64,000 bases of DNA from positions 7,317,388 to 7,381,387 of the forward strand of contig NW_002060944.1 in the NCBI RefSeq assembly GCF_000150275.1, read 5' to 3'. Position 1 is the first letter of the stretch; every line of letters begins with the position of its first letter. This document shows positions 1 through 12,400 of the stretch, in pieces. The position numbers and the translations under genes are program-made. Under the pieces are notes generated by a model. The model was not told the DNA's origin. It worked only from the letters and a program-made list of their open reading frames with translations, and did no database searches. The stretch is from Trichoplax adhaerens. Its lineage: Eukaryota > Animalia > Placozoa.

Positions 1-3000
1 CCAAAATATAGGGTACATTCAAGAATCTAATGCCACCGTCCCGTTACTTGATCCAAGATCGTTGATCTAGATAGCTACAAATAAATATTATTTTCTACTG
101 ATAAGGCTGTAATTATCGTAATAATGATTTCTTTTCATTATTTCTCTTAGATAATAACGGGCGAGGTTGGGGTAATTATCGACGCTCATACCGTAATAGA
201 TAAACTATAGACTATTTTTTTAATGTTTTTGGAAATTATGATCATTAATAACAAGATTACATCAAATATGCAAGATCAATTGGAGATCAGGTTGAAATAT
301 CTAATAAGATATAAATTTGACATAGAAGCGAGGGCACTGTATCAAAATTACAGATACTCCTATATTTTAACCAATGGATAGATACGTTACAGAGCAAGAT
401 AATTATGTAACTAAGATTCTTGGAGTTCTATCGTATAGACTATAATTTAATTATAGAATAATAATTGTTCCATAATTTAAAAGGTTGCGGTCTATATGCT
501 TTTCGTAACAGGGCTTTAATTAGAAATTATTTTTGATTCTACGCAAAGTTGTCTGTTTGCGGCATATTTACTCCTATTTGTTATTATTCATTGGTTGTTT
601 AATAGAGCACAAAGTCTCAGCTGGATATTTCCTAGATTGAGCTGCCTTCTCAGCCAATTGATAGTCTCGACAAGATTTTTCACGTGATGGTACACGCAGA
701 TCTCCACTGTTCTGAGAATCAATCGGGAGAGGCAGGAAAAACTGAGTTATACTTATACGTATGCTCGTTTGGCATGCATATCCATTTAAGTAGCTTAAAA
801 TTTCTTGCTAATAACCCTTGTAGTTGTTGAACGTGTTATATTGAAACTATTGATAAAGGGAACGATAATTTATTTCTTAATAAAATTAAACAATAAATTA
901 TCAAATGATGGTAAGTACTTACTTTACCAAAGCATATATTATAGGAACTTTTAAGTTGATGTATAGCTCGCGATCCCAGAGTAAAAGTTGTATCTAGTTA
1001 TTTTAGTATTCCTACGTCAAAAATATAGATAAAGGAAATGATAATTTACTACTAACTAAAATTGGCACAATAAATTTTGCTATCAATGATTGTAGACCCG
1101 TACTTTACCGGAATATACACTTTAATAATTACTAGTATCGATTGCTGATGTTACTAGTATAAGCACATACATTGAAGTTGAATGATCCAATATTTAGATC
1201 TAGTTTTATTTCATGGCTATGATAGTCATAAACATTTGATATTTTAGTTCTAGGTTGTCAATACACTTTAGTCTTACCGTGCTAACAATTTCTTTACAAT
1301 AAAGTTTTAGGAGCCACGACAGTTCAACGTTGGCACTGTCATGTTATTGCAGATTATATCCTGCTATGAGCAGCATCGTATCCCGTCAGGAAAACATTTC
1401 CGTGTTTATCACGATTTAAAACAGGCATTGCCCTGACGCTGCCAAATAAATGAGAACAAAAATCACTTCATAAAATAAAATATATCAAGATGATAAACAA
1501 TAAGGAGGATTATAAAACTAGAAGCGTAAATTAGTCGGCTAATAAAGGCTGTTTGAGATCCTTTACTCTAAGTTGCTTGTAGTAGAAAATTTTTTTATCA
1601 TGTTTAAATCTTGATTGAAGTAATAATGTAATAAAAATATTTTAAGCTATATTTTATTATCTGCTAATTGCAAGATGGCTTTATAGATTAAACTATTTAA
1701 GGATAGGAACATAGTTACGATATTTCCTTATAGAATTAAATGATCGCGATATCATAATGTATGAGGAAGGAAATACAATAAAATTTTACTTTCTTATGAT
1801 TAGGCATTGTCATATTGACGGAAAGTCAAATAAGAAACAATAATTGATGATACTACTACCATAAGGCTTAAAAGGCAGTTTATCGTTATTAAAGAAATTC
1901 GATATTAATATCCAATAATTAGCTGCAGATATGATAACAAACAGAGATCGCCATGTTGCTATCAAGTTTTCTGACAGTTTCAGAAAGTATTCATCGCTGA
2001 TTTGAAGCAAAACCGTACTACTATACTTTTGTCCGAGTAAGATATCCCAATCACAATTATTAATCATCACTTTGATAACAATAAGAATCGTCTGTAACTG
2101 TATTATAATTACTTAATTATATATAGTTATTGATTTACGTCATAGATAACAATCAATTGCTGAGACTCTAGCAAGTTCTCTGCTGTAATTCATGTTTTTA
2201 ACAGGTGGTGATGTAGCATGTAGTAAGTGAATTAATGGAAAGGTTGATTTTAAAATGAGCCGGGTTCAGCGTGGAAGAAATTCTACTGATCTAACTTTAT
2301 ATAAATTTTCGAAAGCTCTGTTATATATATAAGTTCACAAAAATTATCTATGTGTAGTACTACTGGTGAGAGATACATGAACAGTGATGCCATTGATGTA
2401 CAATTATTCAATGGGCGCGTATACATGATTTATTGCGCTTTAAATAAGCATAATAATAATAGATCAAAGGAATACACGGTAGACTTATGTCGTGTATCCG
2501 CTGCGCCATTGTATCCATTATTTGCATTATAATAACTAATATAACCTACTGCTGTTATATTATCAAAATTTTACTAGAAAACAACAATCCCATCTCATAT
2601 ACAGTTTCATAAGTCATAACGAATTAGATACTATTTTTCCTATGTTGTCGAACTTTATTTTAAGCGTTAAATAAATATACTTCTGTATGTCCATGCATTG
2701 TTATAGAAATTCTTGTAATGTGCCAAGTTATATCGTTGTCGTTGACAATGCTTTATGATCATTGATATCAAGGGCACTAAATTTGATAATTTAACCTATG
2801 CTTAATCTGTTTAATTTTACTGATAGGAAAGTTTAATTGAGCGCTAGATCAGCAGACGAAATTATTTTTCTTTTTAGAATGACGCAGATCGATAGCGATT
2901 TTCATAGCATGCCATTGTGATTACTCACCACTAATATCAAGCTAACAGGTTGTAGGGATGTTTGAGTTCAGCATGGGGCCTACAGAGGAGGAATGATGAG

Positions 3001-3381
3001 CCTAAATACATATAAAGCACAAAAGTTAGATTTGGTTCTAGACAATAAGGCACGACGACGTCTGAACCTATCATTAAAACATGAAAAATAGAATGCAGTT
3101 AGGAGTAGTTAAGCCACTAACATACTCATACAGTACATAGAGTTAAACTGATGAAACTACACGATTAATGAATGATAATTGTGGTATTAAATGACAATAG
3201 TTGAAGCTATTAACAATGATGTGAAGGGAAATCACTTAGACTCTATTTGTCGCATCATAAAGTATAATTTACGAGTGAATTATACTGACGTTGGTTACCG
3301 AGTTTAGTCATTTATGATGGGCAGGCAAGAATTGAAATCTTGTCTAGTCAACAGGTAGAATTTATCTAAAATTGAGAAAAA

Positions 3382-3478
3382 ATGAAGAAAAATTCTGTGT
3401 CCATCTTCCAATCGCCATTATTAAAGCTCTTTCTGCACATAATTTTGATATCGCTATGCCTACCTAGCCCAACTTTAG
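3382..3478 (+). CDS. Gene A first coding exon, signal peptide [32 protein letters not shown](G)
   Basis: ATG, basic N-region, hydrophobic core, ends TTAG|GTAAG in phase 1. Same 97-nt length and TL-G ending as the first exons of genes B and C. Confidence 0.8.
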
Positions 3479-6400
3479 GTAAGTTTGAAACAATTTCATT
3501 TTATGAGTGCATTCTCATTTTATGAGTACATTCAAAAATGCCGATCATTGAAAAACGTGAATCCGTGGTTGGGCGTATATTAGTTATCATCCTCATCATT
3601 TATATCTGAAATATTATTACCCACAACTGAGTTAAACCGATGTCGTTTATGACTCTCCTAGCATGAATATATGTATTCATTATTAGTTTTGAATAGTTGT
3701 TGTACTCTTAAACTTCTTGTATGTGCTTACTTCAAGATTACTCTTGATTAAGATAATCTGGGATTTATTTTATAAAAATATTATCAATCTAATTATGGTA
3801 TATTAACTTATGTAGTACTCAAAGATAGATCATGCTTATAGGATCGATCGTGAGATTACAGAATTAATTTATATCACAAAATAGAGTTAAGCAAGAAAAA
3901 GGAATTTTCGGCATTTTATTTTTGAGGCGTTTTATTAGTGCTTAAAAGTAGAAATATAGCTGATGAATAGAAAATAAAATTATTTCGGTACTCAACAGAT
4001 TTTTTCGTCATAATGAATAACATGATTCATCTAAATCTATTTTGAAAGAGAAGATTTAGGTTCAAACTAATATTTTGTATCCATTAATGTAAAAAATATC
4101 TTTCCATCATGAAATGGAAGGTCTTAAGTGCACGCACATGATTGAATTTTATGTGTAAAGAGAAAAGATATACTTTTAGCTTACCTATAAAGTTACAGAT
4201 CTTAGAGTTGTTCACTACAGTAATCCATTACCATTCTATAACCAAGATATCCATTCTTGACAGTTTATTAAGAAAGTATTTCAGGCTAGCATTGGAATCT
4301 TACGGCGTAAATTAAGTTACAATGAAGTCACAGATCCTAGAGTCGTTTCATTACAGTAATTGCACTACCGTTTTCTAGCTAGCATATCCATTCATTACAG
4401 TAGGTTATCAAGAAATTATCCCAGGCTAACATAATTTTCTATCTTCTAGTATCAATTAGATTACCTCTAATGTCATAGATCCTCGAGTTGTTTCACTACA
4501 GTAATCGTATTTCCGGGATATTTACAGCAGTTAATTAACAAATCATCCCTCGCTAATAATACTTTCGATCTTATATAGTATCAATTAAATTACTTCTTAA
4601 GTTACAGATCCTAGAATCGTTTCACTACAGTAATCGCATTACCATTCTTGACGGTAGTTTATCAAGAAAGCATCGTGTGCTAACACTGTTTTTAATCTTA
4701 TATTGTGAGGTAATTTTCTACGCTGTGATTTCTAATCAATTTTATACTTTTTACTGTATGATTAGGTGATATTCAAAATTCTAACGTGCTAGTCAGTGAT
4801 TTCAGTTTCCGATCGAGCCAACTTGCTGATGGTAAGTATGAACTCTAGATTTACCTCATCTATCTTGTTAAATAATCATAATTCTCTGGAGACAATAACT
4901 ATCTACGAATATATAAAGCGAACTCATAGCACGCCTGTACTGCCAACGAAAGCAAGTCAAGAGGAAATCTTTATTACTATTTGCATTATGATGTTGAGCC
5001 TTGAGTGAGATTATCGGCTATATTAATGTATAATCATTTATTTGAAAACGTTAAGGCTGAAATTATTTTCCTTGTAGTATTAATTTGCGCAAATAGCGAT
5101 TTTACGGGTGCTGACTGTATAAATCTTATGACGCTTTTTTTTGTTGGTAGTGCCATACAAGTTACCGTAAATTAAATTAAATTAATCCGTAAAAGATATA
5201 ATTTAATAATCCGATTAATTCCATTCAACTACTGTGATGGATAAGTGTCTAACTTGACGATGATAATTGGGTTTTTAGCTTAAAATTTTTGTTACGTGGC
5301 TACCGCTGTCGACGTCCAGGAGTTGTAAATGTTAAAGCCTTATGCTCGCTTTATTACCCAACTATCGATATCATTTATTGTAAGCGAAATCGTCAACATA
5401 GAATTGATATTATTATGATATCGGTATCGATGATTGAAATGAATCGAAAGAATGATACTTCCATACTATGACTACGAATGGCTACTGTACTTAAAATGCA
5501 ATTCTGAATTAATTACCTTCAGCAGGCGAAGGATTGAAATAAGGTCACATAGTAGGGTACTATAGCATGTAGTACTCTATCGTTTATACACTAGAGTATT
5601 ATGGCCGCCCGTAGAAAAACGTGGCTGGGGATTTCTTTCTTTCTTCTTATACTGAGATCTAACTTACTCAGTATTCTATCGTGTATTGTATGAGCTGTAG
5701 ACTATTGTATGCTACAGTGATTGTAGGGTATAATTTCACTACCGCTGCTAAGATCGTCGGTATTCGCCATTTTGCGCAGCCATTTGTAAGCGGCGCCAAC
5801 TAGGCACTTCCAATTTAGTAATGGAACTGAAAATGGAATTTTTTTATCTCCGAATTTATCCTATTGATTATCGAGAGGTTATTTGATTGAGATTTTACCG
5901 TTAATAAAGAATACTTGTAAAATAAACTGATAGGATAGATCAAAAGGCAAGGTAAGGTTGTTGGATTTACCTTGGAAAAATTTCACTACGTTCTCGAACA
6001 TGTTTTACTTAGCCAATGATTTCAAGTGTTTCATATTCTAAAATGACAAGCTCGTATCATATATGATGAAGAATACAATGTTAACTGACATTAAACTACT
6101 TATTTTTCAATATAATTTTATTAATCAATTGCATTAGAATGGATATTCAATGTGGTCAAGCGTCCTTTCTTTGACTTTATTATATATGATCGCAAAATAA
6201 GCTTTTTTATTTCCCTTTCAGACCTTGTTACTTCAAATGCTCGAGATGAAGATACGCAATCGATCCTTTCCTACCTGACTAGTACACAATTAGGTATGAA
6301 AGTATAGTATGGCAATATCGATAATACTTTGGGCTATTTTACCTACAGCATAGTAATTATAAAATGGACATCAATAGGAAAGTATAGTGTGTAATAAATC

Positions 6401-9400
6401 ACTGAATAACATACTAGAGATACCAGTATTAACCTCCATTTTCTTGCTAGCAGCACAAACACAGAGCGATTATACTTCAACGTCTGGCGTGATATCGAGA
6501 AGCCAAGTGGATAGTATTAGCACGCCGATCGACGATCAGCTTTCAATCGCAATCTATTGCCAATAGTTTGGATGGCCTGGCATCGAATCCACCAGAATCG
6601 ACTATAGCGGAAGATATTATTTCTACTGCGGTCTCAGATCTATTACAAACCTCCGTACAAGCTATCGTAACTAGTCTAGTTAACCAAGAATCTTCATCTC
6701 AACTTGATGTTACCGCGATATCCTTCCAGACACTTTCAGCGATAGAGAGTAACATTCCTTCTGATGCTGTCACGACTGCATTCACAACTTTAACCAATCA
6801 ATCGGAATCGACTGCAATAGATGGTATTGCCTCTACTGTCATTTCAGAAGATCTGCAGATTTTATCACTAGCCGCCACCACCGGGCCTATTGACCAAGTG
6901 CCTTCATCTCAGCTTGATCAAACCATTACATCATTTCAACTAATTTCACTGCTAGACAGTGAGACTGCTTCTGATAGTAATATCCCGGCTACATCAACAG
7001 GTTATAGTTCTATTTTTATGAACAAAATATCATACTACTATACATGTGCGGCATATCCAGTACTATAGGCGTACTTAAAGGATTGTAAAAGTCCATACTT
7101 GTATCGAAATGATGTACCTATTATGTATATGGATACAAATATATCGGGATTAATTAAAGTTATAAAATATGAAAAGATTATTTCTACCATTACATACTTT
7201 TGGAATTTACATTCCTACTGTTAGGATGCTAAATTTCCATTATACGCGGTCAATATCTTAATTTAAATATTTCATGTTGGTCTTACGTATATTTATAATG
7301 ACACTTTCTCCTTTCTTTATTTCAGTCGAATTATCTCAGCAGAGTTCATTTATTTTTGCAGCGGATACAACTATATCAATACTTGCAAGCATCTTTGATT
7401 CTTCGATAGGTAATGCTTTATAGTTTGATATACTTAAATTTTAACTTAACTCTTTCAATACAATAGATCATTAAAATTTTTAATTTTCTAATCAATTGTG
7501 TATTCAATAGGTGCTAGTCAAGGAAGCATCATATCTAACGTACCGAGTATTTTAGTGTCGTCTGTGGATGAAGATGAACTAATTTCTACGGTGGTATCGC
7601 TGGAGGCACAAAGCCAGAGTGATGTCGACGTCACTACAAATTTGCAACAAAGTTCTTCAGCAATATTGCAAGACTTGTCATCACAATTATCCATAGTTCC
7701 GCCAATATCTAGCGAGATTATATCCATAGCAGGTTAAAATAGACTCGTAATAGTTATAATAGGATTAGAAATATTACAGAAATTTGCGTGTTTATTTTAA
7801 AAAATTGATGTCTTCATTCATGGGCAATTATGCAAAGGAGGCTGCTTTAACCATATGCGGTACATATAATTGCTAAAATAATTTATGACACTTTATCATT
7901 TGCACTTTGTTATTAAAGATATAACTAGCCAAGAATCAAGCCAATCAACATTAATTGAGTCATCAATGATATCAGAATCAATAATTGCTACACCATCGTT
8001 ATTAGATGATTTACTAACATCGACAGCATTACCAACGGAAATAGAAAGTCAAAGCGAGATGGAAACAAGTACTACAGATGAGCGTAGTACACGTATAACA
8101 TCAGAAGATATACCGGCATCATCTTTGGACGATAGAGAAATAACAACGAGTGTTATAAAATCGACAGGTTAGAACAGATTTTATATATAACATATAATAG
8201 AAGTAAAAATCCGAATATCTTCATATAAATAAGAATTACATATAATAAAAATCTTTTAACGTTTTATTTTATGTAGACGATATTAGTAGTATAGCGACAT
8301 CGATAGAGAGAATATCGATTACACCATCATCTATCGATATTATTGATAGCTCTATCGCTTTCGATAGCAGTATACAATCACAAGCTATTAGCACAATAAT
8401 ATCAGAATCGATACTTGCAACGCCATCGTCGTTAGAAGACATACTAACATCGACAGTACTACCAAGAGAAATAGAAAGTCAAAGCGAGATAGAAACAAGT
8501 ACTACAGATGAGCGTAGTACGCGTATAGCATCAGACGATATACCGGTATCATCTTTAGACGATAGAGAAATAACAGCGAGCGTTATAGCATCGTCAGGTT
8601 AGAATATGTTGTAGATATATAGATATAGAAGTAAATATTCGACTGTAATAAATTTCCTAAATCTTTTATTTTATGTAGACGATATTAGTAGTATAGCGAC
8701 ATCGATAGAGAGAATATCGATTATACCATCATCTATCGATATTATTGATAGCTCTATCGCTTTCGATAGCAGTATACAATCACAAGCTATTAGCACAATA
8801 ATATCAGAATCGATACTTGCAACGCCATCGTCGTTAGAAGACATACTAACATCGACAGTACTACCAAGAGAAATAGAAAGTCAAAGTGAGATAGAAACAA
8901 GTGCTAGAGATGAGCGTAGTACACGTATAACATCAGACGATATACCGGTATCATCTTTAGACGATAGAGAAATAACAGCGAGCGTTATAGCATCGTCAGG
9001 TTAGAATATGTTGTGGATATATAGATATAGAAGTAAATATTCGACTGTAATAAATTTCCTAAATTTTTATTTTATATAGACGATATTAGCAGTATAGCGA
9101 CATCGATAGAGAGAATATCGATTATACCATCATCTATCGATATTATTGATAGCTCTATCGCTTTCGATAGCAGTATACAATCACAAGCTATTAGCACAAT
9201 AATATCAGAATCGATACTTGCAACGCCATCGTCGTTAGAAGACATACTAACATCGACAGTACTACCAAGAGAAATAGAAAGTCAAAGCGAGATAGAAACA
9301 AGTACTACAGATGAGCGTAGTACACGTATAACATCAGACGATATACCGGCATCATCTTTAGACGATAGAGAAATAACAGCGAGCGTTATAGCATCGTCAG

Positions 9401-12400
9401 GTTAGAATATGTTGTGGATATATAGATATAGAAGTAAGTATTCGACTGTAATAAATTTCCTAAATCTTTTATTTTATATAGACGATATTAGTAGTACAGC
9501 GACATCGATAGAGAGAATATCGATTATACCATCATCTATCGATATTATTGATAGCTCTATCGCTTTCGATAGCAGTATACAATCACAAGCTATTAGCACA
9601 ATAATATCAGAATCGATACTTGCAACGCCATCGTCGTTAGAAGACATACTAACATCGACAGTACTACCAAGAGAAATAGAAAGTCAAAGCGAGATAGAAA
9701 CAAGTACTACAGATGAGCGTAGTACACGTATAACATCAGACGATATACCGGTATCATCTTTAGACGATAGAGAAATAACAGCGAGCGTTATAGCATCGTC
9801 AGGTTAGAATATGTTGTGGATATATAGATACAGAAGTAAGTATTCGACTGTAATAAATTTTCTAAATCTTTATTTTATATAGACGATATTAGCAGTATAG
9901 CGACATCGATAGAGAGAATATCGATTATACCATCATCTATCGATATTATTGATAGCTCTATCGCTTTCGATAGCAGTATACAATCACAAGCTATTAGCAC
10001 AATAATATCAGAATCGATACTTGCAACGCCATCGTCGTTAGAAGACATACTAACATCGACAGTACTACCAAGAGAAATAGAAAGTCAAAGTGAGATAGAA
10101 ACAAGTACTACAGATGAGCGTAGTACACGTATAACATCAGACGATATACCGGTATCATCTTTAGACGATAGAGAAATAACAGCGAGCGTTATAGCATCGT
10201 CAGGTTAGAATATGTTGTGGATATATAGATATAGAAGTAAATATTCGACTGTAATAAATTTTCTTAATCTTTTGTTTTATATAGACGATATTGGCAGTAT
10301 AGCGACATCGATAGAGAGAATATCGATTATACCATCATCTATCGATATTATTGATAGCTCTATCGCTTTCGATAGCAGTATACAATCACAAGCTATTAGC
10401 ACAATAATATCAGAATCGATACTTGCAACGCCATCGTCGTTAGAAGACATACTAACATCGACAGTACTACCAAGAGAAATAGAAAGTCAAAGCGAGATAG
10501 AAACAAGTACTACAGATGAGCGTAGTACACGTATAACATCAGACGATATACCGGTATCATCTTTAGACGATAGAGAAATAACAGCGAGCGTTATAGCATC
10601 GTCAGGTTAGAATATGTTGTGGATATATAGATATAGAAGTAAATATTCGACTGTAATAAATTTTCTAAATCTTTTATTTTATATAGACGATATTAGTAGT
10701 ATAGCGACATCGATAGAGAGAATATCGATTATACCATCATCTATCGATATTATTGATAGCTCTATCGCTTTCGATAGCAGTATACAATCACAAGCTATTA
10801 GCACAATAATATCAGAATCGATACTTGCAACGCCATCGTCGTTAGAAGACATACTAACATCGACAGTACTACCAAGAGAAATAGAAAGTCAAAGCGAGAT
10901 AGAAACAAGTACTACAGATGAGCGTAGTACACGTATAACATCAGATGATATACCGGCATCATCTTTAGACGATAGAGAAATAACAGCGAGTGCTATAGCA
11001 TCGTCAGGTTAGGCTTACTTGTTCATGTATATGCATAGAAGTAAATATTCGACTGTAATAAATTTCCTAAATTTTTTATTTTATATAGACGATATTAGCA
11101 GTATAGCGACATCGATAGAGAGAATATCGATTATACCATCATCTATCGATATTATTGATAGCTCTATCGCTTTCGATAGCAGTATACAATCACAAGCTAT
11201 TAGCACAATAATATCAGAATCGATACTTGCAACGCCATCGTCGTTAGAAGACATACTAACATCGACAGTACTACCAAGAGAAATAGAAAGTCAAAGCGAG
11301 ATAGAAACAAGTACTACAGATGAGCGTAGTACACGTATAATATCAGACAATATACCGGTATCATCTTTAGACGATAGAGAAATAACAGCGAGCGTTATAG
11401 CATCGTCAGGTTAGAATATGTTGTAGATATATAGATATAGAAGTAAATATTCGACTGTAATAAATTTTCTAAATCTTTATTTTATATAGACGATATTAGT
11501 AGTATAGCGACATCGATAGAGAGAATATCGATTATACCATCATCTATCGATATTATTGATAGCTCTATCGCTTTTGATAGCAGTGCTTTCGAGTCTCCTA
11601 TTGTATCTGGCACTGCTATTGGTTTGTCCAAGTCAGTAGTCTTGCTAGGAGATTCATTGACTACGCTATCAGTTTCGGCCTATTCTTTGGCTTCTGTCAG
11701 TATTGATTCGGTAATAATTGAATCAAGTTCTACAAGTATTTCTACGCAATCTGATGTTGGAATAATAACTACTGCGACAACACAACCCGAATATTCAGTA
11801 ACTTCAAAACTAGCTACTTCGCATTTAGGAAGATCGTATAGCAGTAGTTTTGGTATTGAATTGCCGAGTACGATCAAGTCTATTATTTCGTCGGGTACAG
11901 ATATCATTTCGACTCCTTCTATTCAGCAGACCGATTATTTAGCAACTTTGTCGTCAGTTTTTACTTATCCATCGAATTCTGATGGCACCATTGAATCTTC
12001 TGCAGGAGCAGGTGTAGGTGTTATTTCGACTACATCTGCCCATCAATCCGAATTTTTATCAGTATTACAAACGTATTCTGCTTCTTTATCAACACGTATT
12101 AGTAGTTCCGCAGTTTTGGATTTGTCATTTACTAAATTTCCTGTGATATCTACTACTGATGGCTCCGTAACTGGGGTTACACTCTCTAAAAAAGGCTCGA
12201 TAGCTGTAACATCGGATTCATCACAGCAAACCAGTTACACAGAAATTTTACCCTCTAATTTTAACAGTTCTAGCTTAACTAGCGAGTTATTTGGTGTAAC
12301 CACTTCCTTGCAGCCAGGTACTATTAGCATTTTGGTCGAATCTACGCTGAAATCACAATATTCGACAACATCAGCATTTTACTCAGTTTATTCGCCAAGC

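Noticed and set aside
1810-2532. Short ORFs upstream of gene A (also 53121-53339 and 52655-52858)
   Set aside because: No domain motifs or exon chain; expected by chance.
9409-11414. Repeated 131-132 aa ORFs starting MLWIYRY as a tandem family of small genes
   Set aside because: The N-terminal part is intron sequence; it is broken by TAG or 1-nt indels in other units while the AG/GT-bounded 321-nt exon is preserved.
8277-11584. Arrays as CRISPR-like repeat-spacer loci or satellite DNA
   Set aside because: No unique spacers and no cas genes; eukaryotic splice signals and an open reading frame in every unit.
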